Positions 25,446 to 37,884 of a stretch of DNA of 64,000 nucleotides are shown here, in pieces. The stretch comes from Octopus sinensis. Lineage: Eukaryota. How positions within the stretch are numbered: position 1 is the stretch's first letter; every line of letters begins with the position of its first letter. The stretch is from positions 124,868,001-124,932,000 of the forward strand of contig NC_043000.1 in assembly GCF_006345805.1 (NCBI RefSeq), read 5' to 3'. The position numbers and the translations under genes are program-made. The notes under the pieces were generated by a model, which saw only the letters and a program-made list of their open reading frames with translations, was not told the DNA's origin and searched no databases.

Positions 25446-25920
25446 CTCCCAGTGGCGAATTGGTAGAGTCATCAGAGAGTTAGACAAAATGTAATGTTTT
25501 GCAGTCGTGATTCCAACTCCTTGCATTCTGAGTTCAACTCCAACTGAAGTCAACTTTATCCTTTTCTCTTTCAGGGTCAATGAATAAAGTACCAGCCAAG
25601 AATAGTGGAATGGTAGAAGCATTAAATGCATCAACCAGATTGCCTTGTGATATTTCTGGCTTTTTGTGCTCTGAGTTCAAATCCCATCATGGCTTATTTG
25701 AGTGGTAGACTTGATTTATCAACCAGTTTAACACGTCTACCTGTTCCTTGGGTACCTTTGGTGGGGTAATCTCTCTGTTCTAAGCATTCAGGATAGGTCT
25801 CTGCTTTGAGGGTACATCCTACCCTTTTTTCCAGCAGTCTCAGTGACTTTACAGAGTGTCATAGATACTGTTCCCCCTTTCTTATAAAAACGTGGGTCAA
25901 AAAAAAAAACACCACCAGAA

Positions 25921-26345
25921 ATTTCAGGCCTTGTGCCTAGAGCAGAAAAGAATCATTAGCACACTGGACGAACTACTTAGCAATATTTCGCTTGTTGCTA
26001 TGTTCTAGGTTCAAATACTACCAAGGTCGACTTTGCCTTTCATCCTTTTGGGTCAATAAATTAAGCACCAGTTGCATACTGGGGTCAATCTAATCAACTG
26101 GCTCCCTTCCCTAAAAAATTTCAGGCCTTGTGCCTAGAGCAGAAAAGAATCGTTAGCACATTGGATGAAATTCTTAGTGATATTTCGCCTGTTGCTATGT
26201 TCTAGGTTCAAATACCACCAAGGTCGACTTTGCCTTTCATCCTTTGGAGTTGATAAATTAAGTACCAGTTTCATACTGGAGTCGATCTAATCGATAGCCC
26301 ACTCCCCATAATTTTGGGCCTTGTGCCTATAGCAGAAAGAATTAT
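25921..26345 (+). mobile_element. Tandem, circularly permuted family B SINE dimer (period 193-197 bp)
   Basis: Tail motif ATTT(CA/TG)GGCCTTGTGCCTA at 25921, 26118 and 26311, each joined to a 5'-truncated head. Confidence 0.88.
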
Positions 26346-26671
26346 TTCAGATGTCTATGTAACTACAAACAGGCAAACATAGTCAATGTCTTGACCCTCT
26401 CAGAGCTGACAAAATGAGCATTGAGGATGAGACAGCTAGAGGGAGAGGAGTAGACAAACTAGCATTTAGTTGGTATTTAATTATTTCCAGCTTGGTAGAT
26501 TGGATCAGCCTGAAATGAAATGCCTTGCTCAAGAATATAATGCACCACCCAGTCCAGGAACTGATGTCCAAATCTTATGAATATGAGCACAAATTATCCA
26601 AACCATTAGGCCATGAACTTTCACCTTGTTGTAACTTACTCTCTCAACCATTCAGCTTCTGAGAACCTTAT

Positions 26672-27096
26672 TCTTTTCATTCTTTTACTTCTTTCAGTCA
26701 TTTGACTGTGGCCATGCTGGAGCACCGCCTTTTAGTTTAATAAATCAACCTGAGGACTTATTCTTTGTAAGCCTAGTACTTATTTTATCAGACTCTTTTG
26801 CTGAACTGCTAAGTGATGGGACTAGACACACCAGCATCAGTTGTCAAGCAATAGTGTAGGGGACAAAACACCACATGAGCTGGCAGAATCGTTAGCATGC
26901 CGTGTAAAATGCTTAGCGATATTTCATCTGCCGCTACGTTTTGAGTTCAAATTCCGCCGAGGTCGACTTTACCTTTCATCCTTTTGGGGTCGATTAAATA
27001 AGTACCAGTTACACACTGGGGTCGATGTAATCGACTTAATCCATTTGTCTGTCCTTGTTTGTCCCCCCTATGTTTAGCCCCTTGTGGACAATAAAG

Positions 27097-27141
<45 letters not shown>

Positions 27142-27293
27142 TGGGCTTCTTTCAGTTTCTAATCCACTCACAAGGCTTTGGTCAGCCTGAGGCTATAGTG
27201 GAGGACACTTGCCCAAGGCGCCATGCAATTGGACTGAACCCAGAACCATGTGGTTGGTAAGCAAGCTACTTACCACACAGCCACTCCTGCACC
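26672..27293 (-). mobile_element. SINE family A interrupted by a family B copy (26873-27099, +)
   Basis: A 3' half, then B, then (TA)n, then A 5' half. Confidence 0.88.
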
Positions 27294-27639
27294 TGTGTAT
27301 TTAGAAAAGTGATATTTTTTTGTATATAAGTTAATAACATTAGTATTAATACTCCTGACCATTACAGAGCTTCCCAGGTCAGTGAGACTGATGTGGCTAA
27401 TGTTTAGTTTAAAGAAATGTTTAGTATGAAAGCAAATGTAGTTAAAGAATGGTGAGACAGGTAGAGTGTATGTGCATGTTCGCATGTGAGTGTGTGTGTT
27501 TGCATTTGTATGTGCATGTGTGTGTTATAAAATTGAATGTGTTATTAATAAACTGAAAGCATTAGCAGTCAAGAAACACACATCTATCTCTCCATTTACT
27601 CTCCACTCTACAAATAAACATTAGATACTTAAGTATACA

Positions 27640-27898
27640 TGCATATATACATAAATATAATGTATAATTTTTCATACAGTCCAAGGAATAGAATAAGTGT
27701 CCATAACTCCAGCAGACATCCAACACATGCACACTCATACAATTATATGTGTCTATACATATACATGCTCAAAGATTTATTACTGCTATATATATGTATG
27801 TATATGTATATATGTGTATATATATATGTATGTATGTATGTATGCATATATATATATATATGTGTGTGTATGTATATATCTATATCTATATATGTATA

Positions 27899-27953
<55 letters not shown>

Positions 27954-28288
27954 TTATCTATATATATATATATATATATATATGCATCTATATATAGCTC
28001 TATATCTATAAGTATATCTCTCAATCTATGTATATATATGTATGTATGTATGTGTATGTATGTATTTATGCATGTGTCTATGTGTGTGTGTGTGTGTGTG
28101 CGTATATGTTATGCATGTAGTTATACATAACAATCCTTTTAAAGTTTACTCACAGAACAGACAATCTCTCTATCTATTTCTATATATATTTTGACACAGC
28201 GGAGTACGAGTAAATGACAAACTGAGTTTATTGATCTTCAACCCACACAGAGAAGAATGGAGTAGACATTAGTATTAACAAAGCAACC

Positions 28289-28344
<56 letters not shown>

Positions 28345-28665
28345 AAGAGAGAGAGTGTGAGAGGAAGAAAGAGAGGGAGAGGTGGAGGGAAGGAGGCAAA
28401 TATTTACGTCTAAAAAAATATAATAATATGGAAATATATGGGAAGAAGAAGAAGATCAAAATCCTCTCTCTAAGTCTATTAGTCTTGATATGGGGCGAAT
28501 CAGTCATGTGTAAATGTATGTAGTGACATTTGCATATGTATCAAGGTATATATATGTATTTATGCAAACCTATTCATGCTAAGTTCATCTCTGCCCTGTC
28601 TCTCTCTCTATTTCTTTCTTCCTTACATTCTTTCTTTCTTTCTTTTTTTCTAATTTTTCTATCTA

Positions 28666-28744
<79 letters not shown>

Positions 28745-29242
28745 GTCTATCTAAATATCTATCTATCCCTCTCTCCTTCTCTCTATCTATGTAACTATCT
28801 ATAAATAAATGAGTGTATATACATAAATGTGTATATGTGTATGTGTATATATTACATCATCATATATATGTATATATATACACACACACACATATATATA
28901 TATAAGTATAAATATCTATATGTATGCATGTATATATATATAAGTATAAATATCTATATGTATGCATGTATATATATATACATATATATACATATATATA
29001 TATATATGTATTTATATATATATACCCACACATACATGCATACGTGCATACACACACACACACAATGTGTGTGTGTATATAGATTCTGCAAGGCAGTAAT
29101 ATCAATTTACACTTACGAAAAAAAAAGCAAATAAATAAAAGATACAAAAAAATAGAACTTGGTTAAAAAAAATATAATGAAAAAAGTTTTTAAAAAATAC
29201 TATAACAACACAATCTGAAAAAAAAAACAAGTTTATAGCTGT

Positions 29243-29312
<70 letters not shown>

Positions 29313-29424
29313 GCAACAACAGCAGCAGCAACAACAACAACTGTAAAAATTACAGAAGAAACAACAGCTGCAGCAGCAACAAAATTCTAACTTTAATGTT
29401 TGCACCTTCACTAACAGCGACATC

Positions 29425-29455
<31 letters not shown>

Positions 29456-29628
29456 GCAACAGCTGCAGTAGCAACAGTAACAACAAGCAGAACAATCAAA
29501 TTCTGCAGCAGTATCACAAGACTAACAAAAAAAAAAAAGAAATGAAATTATAAAACACATAGCATAAAAAAAACAAAAACTAAGGAAATGAAAAAAATGA
29601 AAAATAAGAATTATTACTAAATAATAAT

Positions 29629-29662
<34 letters not shown>

Positions 29663-29666
29663 GATG

Positions 29667-29726
<60 letters not shown>

Positions 29727-29848
29727 TTAATAATAATAATAACAACAAAAAAAATAATAATATTAAATGATGATGATAATGATGAGGATGATGATGATGA
29801 TGATGATGATGACGACGATGACGACGATGATGATGATGATGCTGATGT

Positions 29849-29880
<32 letters not shown>

Positions 29881-30141
29881 GCGGTGGTGGCGGTGGTGGT
29901 GGTGGTGGTGGTGGTGGTGATGATGATGATAATGGTGATGATGATGATGATTGCAGCAACAACAAATATAACGGAAAGATATGGGAAGCGGGAGAAAAAC
30001 CATAGCAGCAATGGTGAAATCATTGTCACGATCAGATGCAACATGAACAAGAAGAAGAGAATAACAACATGACAACATCATCAACAACAACAACAACAGC
30101 ATCATCAACAAGCTGTTACTGAAAATATCTGCAGTAAAATG

Positions 30142-30184
<43 letters not shown>

Positions 30185-30296
30185 TATACATACACACACA
30201 CATATATACATATATATATACATATCTATATACATATAGAAAATAATAATGATAATAATATTAATAATAATAATGATAATAATGATAATAATAATG

Positions 30297-30329
<33 letters not shown>

Positions 30330-30350
30330 TTAATGATAATAATGATGATG

Positions 30351-30420
<70 letters not shown>

Positions 30421-30854
30421 TGATAATCATAAAGTCCAACATATTGATACTTTGACAATACTTTCATCAAAAACAAGGCATAAACAGCATAACAGTAATA
30501 ATATAAGACAACAAAATAAGTTATAATTGAAAACGGAGTTACGAAGATACCAGAATCAATGGCAGCAAGATGACAAGAAAGAGCATCAGCTGAATTGATG
30601 ATAAACTAGATTAATTAGTAATGTATCTTTGAAGTTCTGCTAGATTTCTGCTTAAGAAATTAACATTTATTTAGTTATTCATTAATTTATTTATTTACAT
30701 ATCCCCCGTTAAAGCGTAACATTCTCTCTAATTACGTTGAGGTTAACCTTGCGATACAGCTATGGCAATACTAGAGATGTTGTTTGCTAACTTTTATCTA
30801 ATAGTGTTTCCAATAATTTTAGTTGTGTATATATGTGTGTATATACATACATAC

Positions 30855-30887
<33 letters not shown>

Positions 30888-31225
30888 CACACAAGTATAT
30901 ATACATACATACATATATGTAATACATACACATATATATGTATGTGTTTGTATGCCTGTATGTAGTTGTACGTAAATATGAAAATATGCACGTATGTATA
31001 TTGAAACTTGGGTTGAGACAGATTTTCTGAAGCAATTTTGACATTTAGGAAACAGGAAATAATATCTTGTGATATTAGAGATCTGAAGAATATGTACATT
31101 TGCAAAGATTATGGATAAATCCATGAGACACACACATACGTTCATATATGTGCGCACACACACATACACACACACATATATATATGTATATATATAATGT
31201 ATGTATGTATATATTTATATATACA

Positions 31226-31287
<62 letters not shown>

Positions 31288-31430
31288 TATATATATATAT
31301 ATTATATATATATATATACATATATATATACACATATATATATATGTATATATATACATATATAAACAGATCAACAAAGATGTATAAATGTAAATGGTTA
31401 TTTAACTGCACACAAGAATATATATATCTA
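27640..31430. repeat. Microsatellite-dense block: (TA)n, (TATC)n, (GA)n, (CAA/CAG)n, (AAT)n, (GAT)n, (TACA)n with short unique spacers
   Basis: Directly visible; explains most ORF-track entries here. Confidence 0.93.
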
Positions 31431-31867
31431 ATCTTGCTCCAAAGCAATTTAGAGGTTAGAACTCCCTAGAAAGAACGTGTAGATCTAACAACACAAGAAA
31501 AGGATTAGAGTTCCAATATAATTGGCCTTCATCAGCTCTAATGCCATTTCGATCACACCGATTCCTTTAGTTAGATGGCTTAATACCAGACAATCCCTAG
31601 AATAAATCATCTGGTTTTTCAAATGTGACAATTACTGTATGAGGAATATTTATAATATATAATGAAACATATGAAGAAATGGATATCATACTATATAAAA
31701 AAATATTTTTGTAGCCTTGATTTTAAACAAATTTGTGCTTAGAATCCAAGCAGGGAATTTGCAGGTCAAACAATGAAAGAAATGTAATCTTTACATATAT
31801 TGGATCTTTTTTAAGCAATAAACCATATATTTTCTATAGAATTCAAAGTTATGATATTATGACTTAC

Positions 31868-31884
31868 AGTGGTGCCTCTGAATT
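31868..31884 (-). CDS. Candidate 17-nt microexon (NSEAP, phase 0>2)
   Basis: Acceptor TGATTGACTACTGATTTTCTACAG, donor CT|GTAAGT; phase fits the upstream exon 33329-33383. Confidence 0.4.
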
Positions 31885-32107
31885 CTGTAGAAAATCAGTA
31901 GTCAATCACTTAAAAATGAGAATATTGCACTGCTAACACCAAAAGCAAGGTACAATATTCACTTGCAAACTTTGGTAGTATATTACAGCAACAAAACGAT
32001 ATTCGGTGTCCTTCTTATTAATTAATTTTTGTTGAATATTATTCATTTATGGTACAGTGAAAACTATTGATGTTATTCTGAATGTGTGTGTATATATATA
32101 TATATAT

Positions 32108-32478
32108 CTTCTTTTATATACTCTTATTTGTTTTAGTCATCTTGACTGCAGCCTAGTACTTATTCTATTGGTCTCTTTTGCCAAACCACTAAGTTATGAG
32201 GACGTAAACAAATCCACATTGATTGTCAAGCAATGGTGGGGGGACAAACACAAACACACAAACACACACACACACTCACACACACACACACACACACGCA
32301 CACATATATATATACAACGGGATTCTTTCAGTTTCCATCTACCAAACCCATTTACAAAGCTTTCGTCGGCCCAAGGCTATAGTAGAAGACACCTGCCCAA
32401 GGTGTCATACAGTGGGACTGAACCCAGAAACATATGGTTGGTAAGCAAGCTACTTACCACACAGCCACTCCTGCTCCT
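32108..32478 (-). mobile_element. SINE family A with internal deletion
   Basis: Homology. Confidence 0.85.
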
Positions 32479-32790
32479 ATATATATATATAATTATTGGA
32501 GTGATGCATAGTGTGTAACTTGCTACACAAAATCTTTGAATAATTTGGGATGGCAGAGTATACTCCCCACCTCTTATTTTAATAAACATTCTTTTCTATT
32601 CATGGGTGTATAAGAACAGCAAGAATTCATACAATGATGTATCTGTTCATTCTTTGTACGTTTAGGTAGATTGAAACGGGAATATCTGATTGATGTTGTT
32701 TGTTCATCATCAGAGAATACCTCCTCCTCACTTTAAATGATGTTTGCAACACATGTGATTCACCAGTTCATGAACACAAACCATCTAAAG

Positions 32791-32909
32791 CAGTGGTTCT
32801 CGACCAGGGTCCATATGACTCTAGGGAGTCCAAATGGCTTTTGGAGGTCCATATGACTCTTGAAATTCCATATGACTCTTGGAGGTCCATATGACTCTTG
32901 GGGGTCCAC
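32791..32909 (+). repeat. hAT-type terminus CAGTGGTTCTCGACC followed by about 5 copies of a 19-bp unit
   Basis: Unit GTCCATATGACTCTTGGAG at 32809-32909. Confidence 0.75.
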
Positions 32910-33328
32910 AAAGCTGATCTCAGTGAAATTTGAACCCAGAATGTAAAGTCAGACAAAATACAACCAAGTATTTTTCCTGGTATGGTAACAATTCTGCTAG
33001 CTGCTACCTTAAGGTCATCATCATCATCATCGTCATCGTTTAACGTCCATTTTCCATGCTGGCATTGGTTGGATGGTTTTGACTGGGGACTGGCAAGCCG
33101 AGGAGGCTGCATTAGACATAATAATAAGCATCACATGAAGACATGAGCTTACTGATCAAACTGAAGTACATCTATTGCTTGTCTATTCTACTGGCTGTAA
33201 GCGACTGATAAATTATCTTCAGGAGAAAAATAGCATGGTTAAAATAGCAGATGAAATATTTATAGAACCTAATTTGAGGGATGGATTGACAGGTAATCTG
33301 TCATGTAATTGGTAAAAAGATTTCTTAC

Positions 33329-33383
33329 CAATTGATAGATACACTGGTCATGTCTCATCAGTAGGCCAGTTTCTATTTTCTGT
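33329..33383 (-). CDS. Internal coding exon, 55 nt (QKIETGLLMRHDQCIYQL, phase 2>0) of an unidentified cysteine-patterned protein
   Basis: Acceptor ATACTCTTCTGTTTCAG, donor TG|GTAAGA; only one frame is open and it is the phase required by exon 34846-34983. Confidence 0.62.
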
Positions 33384-34239
33384 CTGAAACAGAAGAGTAT
33401 AACATCTCATATTATCATTTATATAAAAGTTTTGAAGCTGATGATTCTTAGTTTTTATAGCACTTTTGTTAATCAATTAATCTTGAGAGTGAAGTGTTTT
33501 TGATAATATCACAAGAGCAGTGTTGGTGAAAATATGTAAATTTTCAATATTTTGGCTGATTGTCTGTCTCATGCTGCCAATCCACCTATTGATTTGCTTG
33601 TTCACACATACACACATATACATATGCACACACACACACACACACATACATATGCATGCAAACATATACACATGGATTTAATAACAGATTAATTCTGCTC
33701 CACATTATTTAAAGTTTTGTAGGCATAGAAAATATCCCCGTCATCAAATGTTTGGAGTTGGAGTGGAGAGAATTTAAAAGAAATTTGAAATGGCTTCTCG
33801 ATGAGAGCACTTAGGTGATTGCTGGTCAGCTCAGGTCATGCTGGTGCCTTGAACATCTAGCAGCATTAATTCTTTCATTGATTACCGCATGTGATAGAGC
33901 AGACAGAATATTGATGTCAGTCAAAATTCTGTAGGATGCGACATTTCAGCAACAGTAATATTTTATTATTATATATAAAAATGCAACCAGTTTTTTGGTG
34001 TCAGGTACATAGGAGTTGGCACAACAAGCATGACTGCCAGGTGATGGTATGCTGCATGTTCTCTGTATGAGCAACAGAGATTATATACCCAGCAATTGTG
34101 TATCGGCTAGCTATGCCTAAGGTGGTGTTTCTGATTTATAAGCAGCCAATAACTTGAAGTTCATTAACAGGCCATATCTCTTGTGGCAACAATGGGATAG
34201 GCTGGTTTTCCTGCTGTATATATTCATACATATGAATAT

Positions 34240-34340
34240 ATGTCTCTCTCTCTCTCTCTCTCTCATATATCATCATCATCATCATCACCATCGTCGTCGT
34301 TGTTGTCATCATCATCATCACTATCACCACCACCACCACC

Positions 34341-34374
<34 letters not shown>

Positions 34375-34565
34375 TCATCACCATCATCATCATTGTTGTC
34401 GTCGTCGTCATCATCATCATCATTGTCGTCGTCGTCATCATCATCATCATCATCATCATCGTCGTCGTCATCACCACCACCACACCACCACCACCACCAC
34501 CACCATCATCATCATCGTCGTCATCACCACCACCACCACCACCATCATCATCGTTGTTATCATAA
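34240..34565. repeat. (CT)n and (CAT/CAC/CGT)n array
   Basis: Directly visible. Confidence 0.95.
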
Positions 34566-34845
34566 CAATTTTAAGTTTGTTTCTATGCTTGGCAAGATCC
34601 AGCAGGTCAGAGAGTCATGTCTTGCTCCATTGCTTCAGTTTAGGCACGGTTTCTGTGGATGAGTGCCCTTCCTAACACCGACTAATTTGCGGAGTGTAGT
34701 GGGTTCATTTTCCATGGCCCTAGCACCATAACAATTGCCAAACTGTCAGCAAGACTAAAGCGTTTCCTGTAAAATAGTTGGTGTTAGGAAGAAGATCTAA
34801 CCATAGAAACTCAGATAAAACTGAAAAGCCAAATAAGAGACTTAC

Positions 34846-34983
34846 TGACTGCAAACCAAATCCATGTTTTCAACCGGACTGTTAGGCATCTCAGGTGGAC
34901 GATCATTATAGATTTTCAAATATGTTGCGAGTCCAGAGCAGCTCTTGAAGACTTTTTTTTTCATACATCTCAGGTAAGCAGGT
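34846..34983 (-). CDS. Internal coding exon, 138 nt (PAYLRCMKKKVFKSCSGLATYLKIYNDRPPEMPNSPVENMDLVCS, phase 2>2)
   Basis: Acceptor TTCAGTTCATTATTGCAG, donor CA|GTAAGT, open frame in non-repetitive sequence, normal amino-acid composition. Confidence 0.62.
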
Positions 34984-35239
34984 CTGCAATAATGAACTGA
35001 ACATAATCTGTTGGTGGGTTGTGACTCCTGAGATGGCTTTAGAGTCTTGCATTTCAAAAGCATATTCAACCACACTCATGACAAACAAATTGAGGAACAG
35101 CTAATTCTACTTCTTCTCCCTTGGCGGCAGCTCTTTTGGTCTTTTCCCAGCTTATTGACTTTGCATGGAATGAGTGACATTCTTCATATAGTTGTTTATT
35201 CTATTTGTTTCTGTCACCAGCCTGTATTTCCGAGTTGTG

Positions 35240-35475
35240 TGGAGGTGCAATGGTCCAGTGGTTAGGGCAGAGGACTCGCAGTTGTAGGATCGTGGTTTCG
35301 ATTCCCAGACTGGGCATTGTGAGTGTTTATTGAGTGAAAATACTTGAAGCTCCATGAGGCTCCAGCTGGTGTGGGTGGGGTGGCGAACCCTGCTGTACTC
35401 TTTCACCACAACTTTCTCTCACTCTTTCTTCCTGTTTCTGTTGTACCTGTATTTCAAAGAGGCCAGCCTTGTTAC
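35240..35475 (+). mobile_element. SINE family D
   Basis: Homology to 5604 and 44721. Confidence 0.88.
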
Positions 35476-35865
35476 ATACATACATACATACATACATACA
35501 AAAATACCATGTTGTTGATGTTGAAACTCCAATGAAGGAGCCTTGGATCTAGGTTAGAAACTGGTTCTTTCTCTATTGGCAAGAAATCTTGAATTGAACC
35601 GAATAATGACATACATACATACATGCATACATACATACATGCATGCATGCATGCATGCATGCATGCATGCATGCATACATACATACATACATACATACAT
35701 ACATACATACATACATACATTCAGGCATGCATGCATGCATGCATGCATGCATACATACATACATACATACATACATACATACATCATACATACATACATA
35801 CATATATATGTACATACATACATATGTACATACATACATATGTACATACATACATACATACAGAC
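35476..35865. repeat. (TACA)n/(TGCA)n array
   Basis: Directly visible. Confidence 0.96.
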
Positions 35866-36278
35866 ACCCACATTAACCATTGCAAACATTTTCAACATGA
35901 GCACGCACTGAGTAGTGCAGATTCATTCTGAACTCATAAAGATTATTCTGCCATATATATATATATATGGCTATGACTCTCTCTCTCTCTGCCTCTTTCT
36001 TGCTCTCTCTCCCTCTCTTCTCTCTCTCTACCTCCATATGTATGTATCTATTTATCTATTTATTCATCTACATACACTCACATGCAAACACATTTATACC
36101 ACCCCATATATATGCGTGTAGTTTGTGCATGCAATAATGGATATATTTTGTTTAATTTTGTATTGATTTGTTTACTCTCTTCCCAGATCTAATTTGTTGT
36201 AATTTGGTTGATTAACTGCTTCAAAGATATTTTATGAATAGGGCTTTGTAATGTTCGAGCATCTCATTTATAGCTATG

Positions 36279-36334
<56 letters not shown>

Positions 36335-36515
36335 TACACATGCATACATATGCATACATATATATATATATATATATAAATATATGTTTGTATTGAGATA
36401 TATATATGCATATATATATAGATGATGATGATAAAAGTATATACATATTATATATATATGTATATATATATATATCAGTGTAAGGGATTACTCCTTAATC
36501 TTGAAGTCAATTGAT

Positions 36516-36549
<34 letters not shown>

Positions 36550-37161
36550 CTTTTGTTATTTAACTTTTTTCTATATCTCACATTAACATACAATTTCCGA
36601 ATAAATAATGCACCTAAATTTAATATTTCTACAGAAATTTTGTAGAATTTTAGGGTAATTGTTGGCAAATCCCCTTTCTAGGATCGATTTTGTCAAGCTG
36701 ACAAAAATTTTCCATCTCTTTGAATGTTAATTTCCGTTTTTTTTTATGGCATGGGATCCAGTTTGTTCTATAGGAAAAGTTTTCTTCTGAGAGAGGATCT
36801 TCACCATCACCACAACTAATTGCTTTAGATGCTATCCCTCACTATCATCTTGGATGATATCCCATGGTAAAGTCACATAACATAACTTCCTCATTCATGC
36901 CAGAAAATTCTTCAGCTCTCCTTAGTTACTGATCCTCTGAAAAGCTCGTGTATGACCCATCTGGTACAGTACTGGTGCTAGATACTCACACATCCTAGTC
37001 CAGCCAGCATTGAAAGGAAAGCTTCAATTACTGACCCTCTAAAAAGCTCATGTTAAACCTAAATTTGGTACTGTGTCTTAACCTGGTGTGTTACTACTAT
37101 GTACATGTATATCTCAGTCTGCTTTAAGTACAGAGGCTTGATGTTCATTACCAGGACATAC

Positions 37162-37219
37162 CTCGGATAGTAACAATAAGAAGAATGCACTATCTTATTA
37201 TTACCACCAAAGGTACACC
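37162..37219 (-). CDS. Weak candidate upstream exon (CTFGGNNKIVHSSYCYYP, phase 1>2)
   Basis: Acceptor TTTATTCCCAG, donor GAG|GTATGT; end phase matches exon 34846-34983; could be chance. Confidence 0.25.
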
Positions 37220-37489
37220 CTGGGAATAAACTTCAAGCCTTTGACAGCTGGCAAACCAGATATATCACTGTAAACAGAGCTGCCCCATGCAAAGGCAAAA
37301 TATTTAATCCTTGCCATTCATATACACTATAGCCCACCTATGTTGGTCATGCAACCTCAATTTTAGCCCACCACTACTAAATTTGGTCACTCCCTCATAA
37401 GGACTGCTGTCACTAATGTATTTATACTCCACTAAATGATGACTAAGATACTGACTTGTGCTAACATCCAACTACATCTGCGCAGTATT

Positions 37490-37884
37490 AAGGGTTGTAT
37501 TAAGGCTCATAGAGGCCCTAAGCACTTAAAAGATTTTGGTGTATCCATATATATATAATTCAAAATATAAACAATGAAAAATCCATAAAATAAAACTAAC
37601 AGTAAGATGGAAAATAATGTTTATTTTTGTATGCTTTCACTTTATTTATATTTAAAATCTTTCTCCAATTTTTTAATTGCAAAGTCTTTGATCAGATCCT
37701 CACCATACCACCATGAACACTTCAAAATTATATTTCCCAATCATGTAAACCACTTCAAATATTATTTTAGTAAGTTTAAAGGGATTTTTTTCTACTGTAA
37801 ATCATTTATGATTTCTGTGGTGCCACTCCTTCCCTTGATGCTCTAGACATCCACTTATTTTGCTTTATGGTTAAACCAGCACTG
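37490..37884. mobile_element. Degenerate hAT-like MITE
   Basis: Ends resemble CAGGGCCGGATTAA / TTAATCCGGCACTG; no clear 8-bp TSD. Confidence 0.4.

Noticed and set aside
34900-34980. Plus-strand donor CAG|GTAAGC at 34971
   Set aside because: No good upstream acceptor; the minus-strand reading gives a better exon with a phase-matched neighbour
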